Position numbers and translations under genes: made by a program. A stretch of DNA of 64,000 bases from Antedon mediterranea. Lineage: Eukaryota; Animalia; Echinodermata. The notes beneath the pieces were generated by a model, which saw nothing but the letters and a program-made list of their open reading frames with translations, was not told the DNA's origin and did not search any database. Shown one piece after another: positions 27,501-41,960 of this stretch. Location of the stretch: positions 3,090,201-3,154,200 of the forward strand of contig NC_092670.1 of assembly GCF_964355755.1 (NCBI RefSeq), read 5' to 3'. The number at the start of each line of letters is the position of its first letter. Positions within the stretch are counted from its first letter, which is position 1.

Positions 27501-29119
27501 GTTGATATATTCCGGAAGCAGCAATACCGCAATTAGACGTAATGTGCAAATTGCAAAATGTTATTGAATGAACACGTGAACGTGCTGTTGAAAAGATTAG
27601 CAATGTTGAAATGTCATATTCAAACAGTCATGTGGAAGTTCAGAAATTGTTAGTTTAAAGTTAATTGCAAATGCGTTTTTACAATGTGTTACGCATCTAT
27701 GTTAATTGCATCTGCAATTTTGCACATGTTATTTTTGAACATTGTTTCGAATTACAACGACATAACGTTAACGTTTACATTGTAAGCATTGGTTCAATTT
27801 TAAATTCTTTGATAAATTTGTATGTTAAACTATGGTTGCGCTATATAATTCTTTGTTTATATTATAAACATTTATAATATCTTCAACATTATGTTGTCGA
27901 TATCGATACAATGTCAGAGATCGTTTGAGAGTAGGTGGGGGGACGCAGAAAAGATAAAGGGCAGTTTCAAATTGACAACTTTGCACCTAGCGGTTTGTGG
28001 AGCGATGGGTTAGTTAATGTAGGACGCTGTCGTTAGGAATTTAGGTAAATTTTGTGATATATGTGTTTGGAATTGTAAGTTGAAGAATTGTGATTGATAT
28101 TGCGTTGGGTCGAAATGTCAGCCTGTGATATTGTTGTTTATCGACAGTAAGCATCTGTTAAATTGCATATATTCGTTTAAAAAGTGTATGAAGTGGGTCG
28201 ATTAAAAGTATGATGGTATTCTGCTTCCAGGCAAATCATTTCCAACAACATTGGTACATTTATCTTCTGCCAAACGTCGTAGTAGTAAAGTTATGGGTAG
28301 GTGTCGGTACCACATCTGAAATGATACTACATCTTCAGTCAACATACATCTGTACTAGTGTCAATTATAAGAAATAACAAAATACAAACGTCCTTCAATG
28401 TAAATATTTTAAAGGATTGCCAAAGGGCATGAGTAAAGAATGAGGTGTATTGTTCTTCCGTGTTATGTTGGTTGTTGTGTCTTGAGGGGACCAGTAGGGA
28501 AGATGAAACAGTTTATCAGTACCGGTTTTCCGGTCTTATCAGTTGGGATACACATACCACGTGTAGTTATACCAATTGGAATGACGCGTAGATTGTAGAG
28601 TTGTGCATAAAAGCGGGAGTTGATAAGCAGTAGTGGAAGTGAAATCCTGTGTGTGGTATTGGGGGTCTATAACATTGTGTATAAATAGTAAAATGTGATG
28701 AGGTGGAGAAGAATCAATTCATACCATGACAGCATATACCTCCTGTCTGTTGTACTTGTAACTTAATTGCTAGTAGGGTCTCCACTAAACGAATCTATAT
28801 TACAATATACGGTAGAGGGAAACTCTAGGGAAATTCTAGTCGTTACGATGGTAAGGAGACTCTGTACCAATGAGGTTATAAATCATGTACTGTAACAAAG
28901 ACCAATGTGGGTTTAGGTGAAACGTGCGTTCCGTTGTATGTATAGAAAATGAATGTTAACAGAAATATAAGGTCCGATATCATCATTTTTATTGTTCGGC
29001 CATCGGGGGAAAGACAATTTCAGTCGTGACTGTTAAAGATTAGGAGACAGTGTAATAGCTGGGCTCGGCAAGAAATAAGCCATTTAAACCGTGACTCAAA
29101 ATCGCCAGGGTTGGACGAC

Positions 29120-29640
29120 GAATTTGAAATAGCGGGAGGGGGCGTCAGGTGCAGATTCCATATAACATCAATTATAATGTTCAGAACAACATTGTGTTGT
29201 AGGTCGTCGTTGGGTTGGTCTTGACCTTGCAATATCAATATCAAATGCAACAATTGAGGAGCGGAACGTTTCGTATTACTGAATTATTTTAGTATTTCCA
29301 ATAATGTTTGGCGCCTCCAAGGTAACGCCTTGTACGATATTACCAGGTCCCCCAAAATGACGTATTGTAGCTGAAAGGCAAATTGTACAAAATGCATAGC
29401 GCCCTCAATGGTAGTTTAGTGGCGGTGAAGGTGACGTGTTTAGGAAGCATTAGGTACGTGGTTTGGACTCATCCAATCGTATTGATCCGGTGAGGTTTTC
29501 ACAACATAGCAAATTTCCATGAGGGGGTTTCTTGGCCTTCATCATGTTACGCTAGTGCCTGCAAATGCCTAATGCGTTGGAATGGGACAGTGGGGGAATT
29601 GTTGTAATTCATTTGTTATAAGCCAGTTTGTTAATTAAGT
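29120..29640 (+). repeat. Diverged ~520-bp direct repeat, copy 1 (copy 2 at ~36400-36920)
   Basis: Collinear shared blocks TGAAATAGCGGGAG, ATTACCAGGTCCCCCAAA, ATTGATCCGGTGA, TGAGGGGGTTTCTTG and CATGTTACGCTA. Confidence 0.8.
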
Positions 29641-32022
29641 TTCATGGGGTTGAGTGTTGGGTTTCTATGGTGGGTTAAAGGTTTGAATGTACATATATGA
29701 TGTGGTGTAATCTAATCCAAAAAAAGGGTCTAAACAAACCTAGAATACATGTAATTCATATACCTTATGAATAACATTTATATTACGACGTACAGTGAGT
29801 GTGCGCGCAAAGTAAATTTAGAATAAATAATTCACACCATATATCTCCATGACCACACATTACAGTTTCACGAGAAACTATATTTATCACGTGTCTAAAT
29901 CAGCAGGGTAGGACGAGGATATTGGAATAGGGGGAGGGGGGAAATAACATCCTCAATTTCCATGTATCATGTCATTCGACAATTACCTCACTGCTACTTT
30001 GGGGCGTTATATATAGGAGGAATTCATTTGTTACGGACATGAATTACATTTGGGGATATCAAACGGATATAGTGGTCCGTTGTCTTAAAGTATCTTATTA
30101 CATTAATGTAAGAGGTCTCTGTTTCAAATGTGATCGCGACCACACAGACCCCACCAACAGACGACTCATTATTACGTGATACAGCGATTCTCCTTTACAG
30201 TTGAAATGCTTTTATTGACATGATTCAGTCGAGAATTATACACATTGTCCTTTCATTATGCTAACGCACAGCATGGTAACTAGGCCGTGATCTAGTACAG
30301 TTTTGATGAATGGAATACAACACTAACATATACTATAGTTATTTCCTATGGAAATAATAATTGTCTTATCTTTATATAGTGCGAACTAGTTTTGTCAGAA
30401 ACTTACATATATTTCTGAAATTGGCGTTATCATGTATGTGGTGCTGTCAATATGTTTTTGTAAAATATGGCTAAAAAAGTTGTTCAGTTATTTTTAAAGA
30501 AATTTGGTACTCACATGCAGAGAATGGGTAAATGAATTTATGAAGTGATGTTTAAGATTTGTCAGAATAGTAACCAGCAAGGTAACTGTGACATTTTTAC
30601 GCGTTAATAAATTGTAGGATCACAGAGCTAGTTGGTCATCAACTATAAATATCAGCAGGGGGCGTATAGTCTGGTATTGGCGTCATGACTTCAGAACTGG
30701 TTCATGTATGTGTACAGTCTAGTAGTGTTGATTTAGTGTGATGATATGTCCGACAGTTTGGATGAAATTAGATCGCGTCACATTTTCGGAACAGAAAAGA
30801 TATAACCTAAACCGTGTTTCGGCGTCTCAAAAACAGTAGAAAAGATATAACTTAAACCGTGTTTCGGCGTCCCAAAAATAGTTCCTAACGTTTAAAAAAA
30901 AAACATCTTGACTGCAACTGCTGCACGGGCTATATCAAATTCATTAAACTGGTGTTAAATAATCAGTTACCATAACCAAATTTGTCTTATTTATTAGTTC
31001 TATCTTATAACGGATGATCGCAAAATATGTTAATACACCAGCTACAATGATACAGCTATTTCATTCTCGTGTATAGTCAAAGTAACAAGACGTTTCTATC
31101 TAATAATGTATTACTATATTATCTAATCAAGAATCATGACAAATCACCCCATTAAGAAGAACTGGTATAGGTCCCTCATTACAGCTGTGTTCTTCAGTAA
31201 AATGTAACGAAATTGTTAATCAAATCATGTTATTTTATAACTCGACGATGATGATTACATTCCTTTAAGTCTGATATATTTGAAAAGAGTAAGTGTTATT
31301 AAATCATGTCATTTTATAACTCCACGATGATGATTATATTCCTTTGAATCTAATATATTTGAAAAGAGTAAGTGTTAGTTAAAATGATTTTTAGTCTCAA
31401 AAGATTTCATACGAGTATTTGTCATTAGTGTAGAGCCTATATTAAGATATCACCGACAACATGCCGGGTTGAACATCCACATTAGTGTTTTTTGGCATTT
31501 CCACACGGGCCCGGCTGCGCTTGGCTTTACGTCGGTCTGTCCAGGGAACGTCGGAAGAACCAAGAAACCATTAACGATCGCGTAAAAAATGTTGTAAAAT
31601 TCGGGAAGGAAAATCAGGCTTTTGGCTAATGACGCCAAAAGGAAAAGTTCGGTATATAATGGTCTATAAAACCCAGTATGTCAAGATAAATATGTGACAT
31701 GAAGTCGATTGGTCTAAACGCCTGAGATGGTTGATTTGCAGGCGTCTAGAAATATTTTTTCCCCCTAGACGATTATATTACAGTGTCGGACCCCCACTTT
31801 ATAAATATCCTAGATCCGCCCCTGAAAGTTCTGAGCTTTTGATTGGCTTATACATTTTGGGATGGTTTTTGCGGACCACATATATATCAGATTAATTAGA
31901 CTTTTATTCATACCCAATTTTTGATAGTGTCAAAATGACTAGTTTTTCAAATTGCAAGTTGTGTGTTGTTGAAATGTTCACAGAACGAAAGAAGCGGGGT
32001 TCGGATGCGTTGTTTCTCGTAG

Positions 32023-34987
32023 GTAGTGTTATTGAAGGGAGTGAGAGCAGAAATAACGACGTTGTCCCATGCTACATAAACGACAACACAGATGGAGAGA
32101 TGGCCACGAAAGCAAAAGACCTGGTGGTAGGGGACAAATTTTTGGCAACTAAATGTCACTCCGGAGCAGGAAGTGTCCGAATGACGGCTGCGTCAAAGGT
32201 ACATGAATTTTTTTATCGTAAACAATGTATTCCTTCCATATGGTGTGACCATGTGTATGTAGTGTCCACATATTCAGACGTGTTGTTGATTTGTTTTAGT
32301 GTTCATTAGTACACAGTTCAACGATTTCTGTTGCTCGTGTCAATAAGTGCAACGCGCAGATAGGTTTTTAGTGGGTATTCATTCATTGTACATATATGTT
32401 ATATCTAATTCAAGCCTAGTTATTGTATTAAACAACAATGTTACCAAAATAATACATACGAAAGTATGGTGAAATTGTAAATCCGAAAGAAAATAGAACC
32501 AAATTACTTTGACCGTGCCTAGGAACTGTATTTCCCCTCCCCCGCAATATTGATATTGAAAGTAGCTCGATTCGCTTCGTTGGTGTACGCGTACCCCGCT
32601 AATATCCTGGCCTGAATGTTTGTACATTTTGTTATGTAATTGTAAAAACAGAGTGTGGTCAGGCCAATAACGGAAGGAGTTGACTGCAGTAGTTCGAGTA
32701 AACGGCTCTTTACATAAACGTACGTCGAGCCCCCGGGACACTGTATTTGGACTAAACGTCTCCCTAAACAACACCAAGGGGCGTTTGTTATTTCATTTCA
32801 TTAAACGCCACTTCACATGTACTGTACATACAATACTGTACGGTATTTTAACATTCACTATTTGTTACTGGAATACAGTTGTATTGTATAGACTTAACAA
32901 TTATTGACACAGATAATGTACATTTAAGAAAGTTTTCCGGCCGTTAGTATTGTAATGTATTTTGGACTGTTTTTATACACATTGTGTTGTAGGTTCAGTT
33001 TTTGAATAGGGTATTGCAATGGATTCATTATTAAGGTCATGATTTCAACTTGAAGTTCTGATAAAGTACGAATCATGTAACATGACATTCTGGCATGGTC
33101 GCGGTATATACTAGCTGAACATGTTATCGGAAATAACTACATAAAGGAACGACGCGAAAACCGTTTGTTTAACAATTTATACGGTATCAACCCCACAAAT
33201 GTTGTCATTCAGTTACAACTTTCTTTCTTACATTACCAATACTTTGTTTATGAATTCTTCTTAGGTATTACAACAAAACAACTGTAATGTTGTGTGTAAA
33301 TAACTTTAAATAAATATATGTCAATTTCAGCTTTGGTGAAGGATAATAAGACATTGTAAGTATATGCTGTTATGATAACCAAGTAGAAATGAAGTACACC
33401 TGCGCGAATACTGCATCGGAGGTGCTTTTGTGTAATGTACTGTTGTCTGTTAATTTGCAGATATTTACGAGAGTGTCCAGCTTCAATGTCGATCAGGACA
33501 AAATAGAGTCATATTTAACTCCCGATGTAGTTACAGTATCTGAGGCGAAAGGGTCGCCAACAAAAAGGCGTCTTAGCGTAGTAGGAGATGTTTCAGAGGT
33601 AAATGGTTGTAAAAAATATCATATTGTTCTTGTAATATACTCATTTAATTTACTTAACTTTGTATAGTTCATTTATTTTTGTATTGTTTTATTTGACTTT
33701 CAATGTGTTAATTTTAATTTACTTTCAGTTATTTTTATTTATTTCAATTCTTATACTTTATTAGTATTATGATTACTAAATGTTGTAATTGCCGACTTCA
33801 ATTGAAATGGGAAATGTGTGGTACATTTTCAAGAAATTGTTTATGTTTGTACCATCAACTGCTTTCCTATTATGTTTTCGTAGCTTGGAGAATACGTTGA
33901 GACACCCAAATACAAACGGAGAGCGCTAAGTCTAGAAGGAGGAGGGGCAAAGGTAGACATCATTCTGTGGGGGGAGGCAGCACATCGAAGCCAAGACGTA
34001 GCACTGGGCGACGGCGTAACTATCACTGGGGTCGTCAAAGAAGACAGTAGACTGTCAAGTACGCCTTCCACCACAATAACAGTAAGTGTGCAACTAATGT
34101 AATATATATGTGTGTGTTGGGTTGATGATCAGAGTTTCAGATTTCTTGTACAGAACAAATCTTTGTATCTGAATTGTAGTGTATCTATTGTCAAAACGTG
34201 AAAGGCAAACCCTATAAGACATACATTTGAATTTTATAGTTTAGATGTAGGTGACAGATTTATCAGTACTTGTCCGTTTCATTTGTATACGTTTTGTATT
34301 TGTATTTTCAGTTTGGTAATTCGGACGAAAAAACTGCTGAAGTCATCGCTATGGACGATTCAAATGGGTATGTGAATCTCGTAGCATTGTTGATGGGCTA
34401 ATAAACCAAATATTTAAAATACCAAGAACGACTGTGTCGAGCCCAGGGTTCATGTTTTAAAAACGATGTGGGGGGGGGGCCGTATATGACGTAGAGTGAA
34501 ATGGAAAATGGCCGGACATACAGTAACAGACTTCCCGACGAACAATGACGATGACATGATATAATACTGTCTAATTAATGACAACCGAATGCATCTACGT
34601 ATTCCGTCAGTGAACACACAAATGCATTTAATTAATGTATGGTTTGAAATTATGTTTGGGAAATGTTATATATGTAGGCAAGGGAAGTGGGTCTTCTTTA
34701 ATGTATCGTTGCAATCATTATCTTCAATAAACACAATTTCCCATGGGGAAGGTGTTGCAGTGTTTTGTGTGACATTACTAACTGCTTATGGTAAATACAG
34801 GAATAGTCCTAAAATTTCCGGATTACAGAAAATTCACATATCCATTACTTCGCACTCTTAATTATGTCTTATTTTTGTTGGTGCTTTAAAGGTTTCCAGC
34901 GGAGTTAGTGCTAGACTCTGGGGACATTGTGTATTTACCAGAGGACGTGGAATTCGACTTTTCAGCCGAGTTGCCAATCACAGTCAA
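32023..34987 (+). CDS. Spliced gene (partial model, 5 internal exons) for a probable OB-fold ssDNA-binding (RPA-like) protein
   Basis: Exons 32023-32198, 33461-33598, 33884-34081, 34312-34367 and 34892-34987 all have AG/GT boundaries, compatible phases and no stops. The peptide includes RRLSVVGDVSELGEYVETPKYKRRALSLEGGGAKVDIILWGEAA...LGDGVTITGV, an OB-fold pattern (strand-LWG-A..GD-V-I). The last exon is probably at ~35623/35639-35720. The first exon was not found. Confidence 0.7.
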
Positions 34988-35069
34988 GTATGTTGAGTCA
35001 ATGCGACAAGTACTCCGTTTGACTGTTGTGGAATAGACTATATTCCAACTGTTGGAATTAACGATAAGA

Positions 35070-35533
35070 AGTAGGCTACAGTAATAACGGTTTTGACAAG
35101 TTTTAATTAGTTTAGTTAAAATTTCAAATAATTTTGTAGTGTAGTAACAAATAAAACGCTTGAATAGCACAAATGTAGAAAGCAGACACGTATTTGCAAA
35201 TTTAATACACGTTTACAAACAAATGAATAGTCTTTGATCATGTCAAGTTAAATAAACAGCAGTAGGTAATACTGAACTAAGTAGGTCCTATCCTATTGGA
35301 GTAGGCTACAGTAATAACGGTTTTGTTACGTTTTAATTAGTTTAGTTAAAATTTGAAATTATTTTGTAGTGTAGTAACAAATAAAACGCTTGAATAGCAC
35401 AGATGTAGAAAGCAGACACGTATTTGCAAATTTAATACACGTTTACCAAAAAATGAATAGTCTTTGATCATGTCAAGTTAAATAAACAGCAGTAGGTAAT
35501 ACTGAAATAAGTAGGTCATATCCTATTGGAGTA
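35070..35533 (+). repeat. Recent tandem duplication, 2 x ~232 bp, intronic
   Basis: GTAGGCTACAGTAATAACGGTTTTG...TCCTATTGGAGTAG is repeated nearly identically at ~35070 and ~35302. Confidence 0.9.
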
Positions 35534-35959
35534 GTAGTTTGTTGGTTATGGAAAATACATTAAAACTAACAATACTTTTACTGAAGTTTACTCTTCTTTC
35601 ATTTAGTCTTATTATTTCATAGGGTGGCGTTATTACAGGTACTACTTCACGTTGCAAGAAACTATCGAGCTAGTTCGACTTACCACATTCAAAGGTTCCC
35701 CCTGGCCGTGACGCATAACTAAACTGGGTGGTGTTGTCATTAATTACTGTTTTCTAAATATTCATATATTTCGCAATAACTTTTGACTAGTATAGTTTGA
35801 GATTGTTGTGATCACATGCTGTGATTCAAATGTAATGTAACTACACATACTGCATTACCACATTTCTCTACGCGCATTTAAGTCTATGTCTGAAACATTT
35901 ACATTTTCTACAGCGCTGTGTTATGACAAGCCGTTTGGTCAATTACCTCTAATTTCAAC

Positions 35960-36120
35960 TTAGGTTGAATGCATTGCACTGAAGTGCAATACATTCAACC
36001 TGATACAATCGTATAAGTACAATGCAATTGAACCTCACTGCAAATAGAATGTATTGCAGTTTAAGTTGAATGTATTGCACTTGAATACCACTGCACTTCA
36101 GTGAAATGTATTCAACTTAA
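35960..36120. repeat. 160-bp foldback (nested inverted repeats; possible tiny MITE)
   Basis: 29-bp arms TTAGGTTGAATGCATTGCACTGAAGTGCA and TGCACTTCAGTGAAATGTATTCAACTTAA (3 mismatches), with additional internal palindromes. Confidence 0.65.
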
Positions 36121-36946
36121 CATTAATTCAAGGATACATGATAAAACGGCTTGCCATACGATTTTTGTCCCACATTTGTGCGCCAATGAAGAACAGAATA
36201 GTAACCGATTAGAGTATTACATTCCCTTAACGGCTTAAAAGGAATCGCTAATTGTTTAGTGCCATTAACTTCTTTTGTTTGGCCATTGAGGAAAACAAAT
36301 TGATATGACTTATACAGATTTGAAAACAGAGAGGGGAGTCGGGCTTTTCTAGGAATATTGTATTTCACGCGTGACTGAACCGGCAGTGTTGAACGAGGAT
36401 CTGAAATAGCGGGAGAAGAGCGACAGTTGCTGTTTACATACAACATACATTAACATTGTGTTGCAGGGCCTGGTTGGGTTATTCACCTAAGCTATCACTT
36501 GGGGTTTTTCCGGTGAGTTTTTACCTTGCACTACCAATATAAAATGTTACATTTCGCCAGCCTACCGTATTGCAACAAAGCACTTCAATATTTCAGATAG
36601 TGTTTGGCGTCTGCAAGTTGACGTATTGTATGAAATTACCAGGTCCCCCAAATTGACGTATTGTAGACAACATCTGAATTGTGGAAAACGATTAACGCCC
36701 TCAAGGTTAGTTTACTGGGCTTAAGTTCGTACTTTGGGAAGAAGTTACATATTTTGGACTTACTATATTGATCCGGTGAAGTTTTCTTAACGTACCGACA
36801 TTCCGTGAGGGGGTTTCTTGCCCTTCAGCATGTTACGCTAATAACTGTAAATGCCGGATGCGTTTGAATGGGACATGTCATTGCGGGTTCATTGTTTTTA
36901 TTCTTTTGTAATAAGCCACTTCATCCAGTATAATGGCTTTAAATCG

Positions 36947-37842
36947 AATTTAATTACCGAAAACAACAAAACAACAGGCAACAACCATGAACAACTAATA
37001 ACAACCCAGAACAAACCTAAATCAAAATACAATAATCTAAATACCTAAAACCAATATCATATAATATTTTCACTGATGTCGCCCTCTATTGATGGGTGTT
37101 TGTGAAGACCGTAACTAAGAGAACACCGGCGGCGCGGTAAAGTCATTATTTTCAGTCTTTCGATTTTTGATCCCAAAACCAAAGGATTTACTCCTCACAA
37201 TAATTGTTATTACGTTAATACCTAGTACAGAAAGTAAATTTACTATGGTTAATCATGATCAATTTACTTATAGCATTCCAAAGATAATATTACAAAAATG
37301 ATATTTTTAAGAATACCGATAATATAATTAGGGACTATAAAGTATACTTAAAACAAGATCGCGCTAAAAGATTCACAAAATCTTTTTAGTACAATTACCG
37401 TAGTCGTGTAAATAATGTTTTTATGCCTATCACTTCAGTATTAACTTAAGTGGCGAAAACTGCGGACGAAACGCAAAGTCAGATATAATCACGCTTTGTT
37501 TTTGAAGACTAGAAAGATATATGTTTTGTAATGCAGTCTGCGGTGTTTTTCATTAAATTTGTTCGATTTTGAGTTGTATTTTGTGCACTTTGCCATTTCG
37601 TAGGGATCTCCTTGGCATTTACGCGCGCAGTTTCCCCTCTGTATGGTCTTAGCTTAATTAGCTTTAGACCCCCATGAATAGACGGCGAGATTCAAAGAAA
37701 TATTCAACAAATTTGATCTGGGTATTTAGCTTTTTTATTTTGGTTTCGGCTTGTTTTCAGTTTGTTGTCGGTTGTTTACGGTTGTTGACGGTTGTTTGTG
37801 GTTGTTTTCTGTTGTTCTCGGTAATTAGACTGACCCGACCCG
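36947..37842. mobile_element. Old non-autonomous TIR element with ACAAC-rich subterminal repeats
   Basis: TAATTACCGAAAACAACAAAACAAC... at 36951 is the inverted complement of ...GTTGTTTTCTGTTGTTCTCGGTAATTA at ~37827. TTTAAATCG flanks both sides (36938 and 37843), a possible 9-bp TSD. Confidence 0.55.
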
Positions 37843-38226
37843 TTTAAATCGTGTGCAAATTGGAATACAAGCGACAAATATTGGTAGCCTACATAATGTT
37901 TAAAAATGTGTAATGCATTTTATCATGATAGAGGGCGGCAAACATTAATTTGATCGCATCATAGCATTTCACTTCTGTTAGAAATCTGCTAACCTATAAC
38001 ATGTTCTAGGATACCTGATTTCTAAAGATATGTGTTTTATATTCCATTTTCCTGTTGGTTTGGCAGTTGTTCGTCTGTCCTATCTGTCCACTTCTTTTTC
38101 ATCGTTGAACATTATGACAGACCTACGATGTTTGTTAATAACTACAAGAAATCTTTAGATTAACTTCATCTCATTTATTGTCTACCATATCACGTCTGTG
38201 ACGAATTGTATAGCAATAACAAAAAC

Positions 38227-41200
38227 TTAAATTAATATAGTATGCCTTCTACTGTTCCTAACTATAGGGGGAGAAGGTTTGAAAATAAAACTAACTTCTT
38301 TTAGACCAAATGAGCGAACAACTGTATCCACACAACCTTGCTTTCCAAAAATCACCTCTTTTATCAACGCATTATATTCTTCTTGGTTAGTTATGTCCAA
38401 TGACATTATTTGTGTGTCCACTTTTGTGACCAGACACGTCAATGGGAATAGGTCCAAAATGTTGCATGCCACTCAGTCTTTCAAGATGTTTTTCTTACAA
38501 ATGTACTTAGTACCCTCATCACTAGGAAGGACATATCCTGACCTGCACAAAAAATATGTAATATCTACAAAACAAAAATGTAAATACATCACATTAATAT
38601 TTATGATAATACACTAATTATTAACCATTTATCAATTTTCATTTGCAGAATTCCCATGTCTGGATTATTTTGGCTCTAACGGCCGCCCGTAACCTTGGTC
38701 ATCCGGGGTGTGGTATTTGCTTGTTGTAAGCGAGACAATTATATTCATACTACTTTGGCTGTTCCTGTTAATTAAAGTTTTAATATAAATCTAAGGATTA
38801 TATCGCAGTCTCCTACTAATATTGGTAAGTAATAGCCAGGTGCATAGTGGGGGTAAGTAATATTTATAGTACAGATCCTATTGAATCTGAATTGAACCTA
38901 CTACAGCTTCCAGATAATCCACACACGCTTAGGAAAAATCAGGAAATGGCCGACAAGATGCAGACCGGACTGACCTACATATTGAGTCAGGCACAAACTG
39001 GTAACGCTAGCTAGACGTTCGGGCTATAATATTTGTAAGGTCGAGTCATTTGTGACAACAATAAAGACTGAACGCGTGTACCTAAATCAATTAGAGGTAT
39101 AATTGGGCCCTCAAACGGAAAATAAGGTTTTGCTTTTCAAGTTTGTGATAAGGTATGTATTCATTTGACATCATCAGTTATCGGGGAAATAGAGAGAAAA
39201 AGTGACTCGCCGGCGTATGAAACCGTAGCGGGTGTAAATTCATTACAAACCATTCACGCTAGCCAATTTCCTATGTATATACACGGGAATCATGGCGTCG
39301 CCTTCCCAAAAATGTTGTTGTCAATCTCATAAATTGGGTTGTCTTTGTATAGTGACATGTGAGGTACATTTCCCATAAACACCTGCTGACTTCTCCTAAA
39401 TTGAATTGGCTTACTATGGCAACTTGGATTTCCGAAGTTCAATATTAATATTATTATTCACAGACCGAGAATAAGTCATGGACTTTTCCAAACAGAAATA
39501 TGTACATGGTGTAGTTATTAGCGATGTTACATATGTATGTTCCGCTTAAGACAGATGGTCAAGGCACCTGTTATACAAAATAAAGACATATTGTTATTAA
39601 CAATGACAACACTATATTATTACAGTAACGGACGACGAAGCCCTAACAAAATACAATGCAATCCGTGGTAAGGTCGTGCCTCTACCTACCTAGCCATATA
39701 GTAAAGTATACATTACAGGGCTGCTATCTAATATAGGCATATCTAGGTACAGTATATAATTCGAACCTAATTCAAATGATATTACAATAAAGACTGGTGC
39801 ATTGTATTGCCTATTTCAAATTGTTATGCACTGATGCACCTTTCTCAATCAATTTTTTCCTTGCGTGTGTTTGATTTGTGCAGTGTAAGTACTTTACTTT
39901 GATAGTATGGACAGTTCTTAACATACACAATCAACACCGCACAACATGACTTTATATAAGTGGACAAAATGACAAAACCCGCAGTATCATCATCAACATT
40001 ATTATTATTGTAGTATTTCATTACAGTAACAGACCAAGCTCTAACAAATAACAAAATAAACCGTGCTAGGGACATGCCGCGGCTACCTAACCAGATAGTA
40101 CAGTATACAGTAAACGCCTGATACTTAACATATAAAGGCCTACCTAGGTACAGTGCACATTTAAAACACGTCGTAATTCAATTTAAATAACAATAAAGAC
40201 TGGTGGTCATAATGCCATAACATATTTCTTTGTGCAATATTCCAACGTACATCGATTATTCTCTCTTTCGTTATTGTTCATCACATTTAACAGAGCTCAT
40301 CTTGCTCATACGTATTCCATTTGCGCGAGATTTTAATATAGTCTACGTCATTCAACTATCTCTCGCATGAGTTAAAAATATTTCTTTTCTTATGACATCA
40401 TCATGTCTAAAAATGAAAATAACTTGGGTCACTTGTTTTCTAATTTGAAATAACTTTCAATATGTTACTGTAGCTCGTCAGAATCAAAAGTGGTAATCAT
40501 CATTAAAACGTTGTTTGAAAGCTATTGGATTGCAGATACGAATTTATGTAATTATTTTGCCTATGAGTAGTTTATTCATCTTTGTCATCAAAGTTATACA
40601 CATTTCAAAGAGCGCGCACAGCGCTTCTTGGTGCCAAATTCTCTTCCAATTCTTATATTTATTTGCTCAATTCATTGTCTTTAGAAATTGTCATCTTCGA
40701 GTTTATTTTGATAATTCTATCATACAAAACAATTAGAACATGACGTGTGTCCCTAATTTCACCAATGCTACACTGTATATAGATATACAGTATATACTGT
40801 ACATAACGTATATGGCATATAAGTAGGCACAACTGAGCACTACAAGCGTATAATGGGATGGCATACATCTACATTTTCCGATTGTATGTTGACGGACGTG
40901 TATATCTAAACATATTAATGTCAATAAAATTAGAAAAATGATCACCTACAATTCGTCAAACTGACGAATTAAATTCTAGTTTATCTTCTTATTGGTAAGT
41001 GAGATATAAACATTTTACATGTTCTTACCACTTGTGGTTGAAAGTCCATAAAGTATTCAGTGAACTGATACTTGCAATAGACTCGTTATTTTTCTTTCAG
41101 ATTGTATGAAATAGTAATTGATTGACTGCTTGCTGCCTGCTAGCATTACTGCTAAATCAGACGTACAGTTTGATTTATTTGGAACTATCTAAATAGTGTA

Positions 41201-41960
41201 AGTAAATGTTGTTTCACCAATTTACAATTACACAGGAATTGAGTGTTTAATTATTTCTATAGACTCAATTAGGCATTCAATTCCACTGTGTGAGAAAAAA
41301 TAGATTGTATTGAAATGGCACTTTACCTAATTATGTTTTGTCATTTTGAGAAAATTCCTTACTTATTCAAATCTTGTTTGAAAAGCGTGTGGTATTGGCC
41401 ATTTGTAACGCTGCTAGTGCATCGTATTTGGTTATTTTAAATGTGTTCGAACCGATACACCTTATTATTATGTTGTTTTCCCCTTGCAGTTGTTTGATTG
41501 GTGCAGTGGAATTACTGTATGTTGATAGTACGGTGAGTTTCACAGATATACAGTCAACTTTGCCTAAGCTGACTTTGAATAAGTCGCAAAAGTCAAATAT
41601 CTTCAAGGTAGCAATTCCTTCCTATAGTTTACCATGTTGCATTAGTATGATTGGTTTTTATGCATTGTTTACAAGACGTCAAATGTATTGTCTTTCAGTT
41701 TGTTGTATTTCTGACATCTAAACCAGAAGTTTACACCAGTTCAAATCCCGTAAGTGTAAGAATCCAACAAATTAGTCGTTCTTCAAACTTCCCTTTATCT
41801 ACAATTTCTGAAAATTTGTACAAGGAATACATGTTACTGTTAAAATATAACATCAGGTCATATGGCATGTTTAAGATAGCAACACACCAATGTTTCGTAC
41901 AGTAATTCTCGTCAAACAGCCTCTACTTGACAGGCCTTTTTAATCTTCCTTCTGAGCCTA
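38227..41960 (-). pseudogene. Decayed multi-exon gene of unknown family, antisense to RepHel
   Basis: - strand acceptors at ~41958, ~39569, ~38765 and ~38544, and a donor at ~41362. Long protein-like frames (41367-41606, 38227-38543) are interrupted by in-frame stops or frameshifts. Confidence 0.4.

Noticed and set aside
25650-31380. Small local duplications (~25650/25940, 30790-30880, 31220-31380)
   Set aside because: They are real but ordinary short tandem duplications with no further structure.
30656-31824. Possible TIR element ending ...CTAGATCCGCCCCTG
   Set aside because: The left end (CAGGGGGCGTATAG) matches poorly and no TSD was found. At most it is a fragment.
33331-33355. 25-nt candidate exon (TTTCAG|...|GTAAGT) inside the OB-fold gene
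   Set aside because: It would shift the frame between two phase-0 exons, so it was left out of the model. It could be a poison exon, but this is unsupported.
38473-38475. In-frame TGA as possible selenocysteine in the - strand gene
   Set aside because: Neighbouring exons have several TAG/TAA stops and no SECIS was recognised. Pseudogenisation is the simpler explanation.
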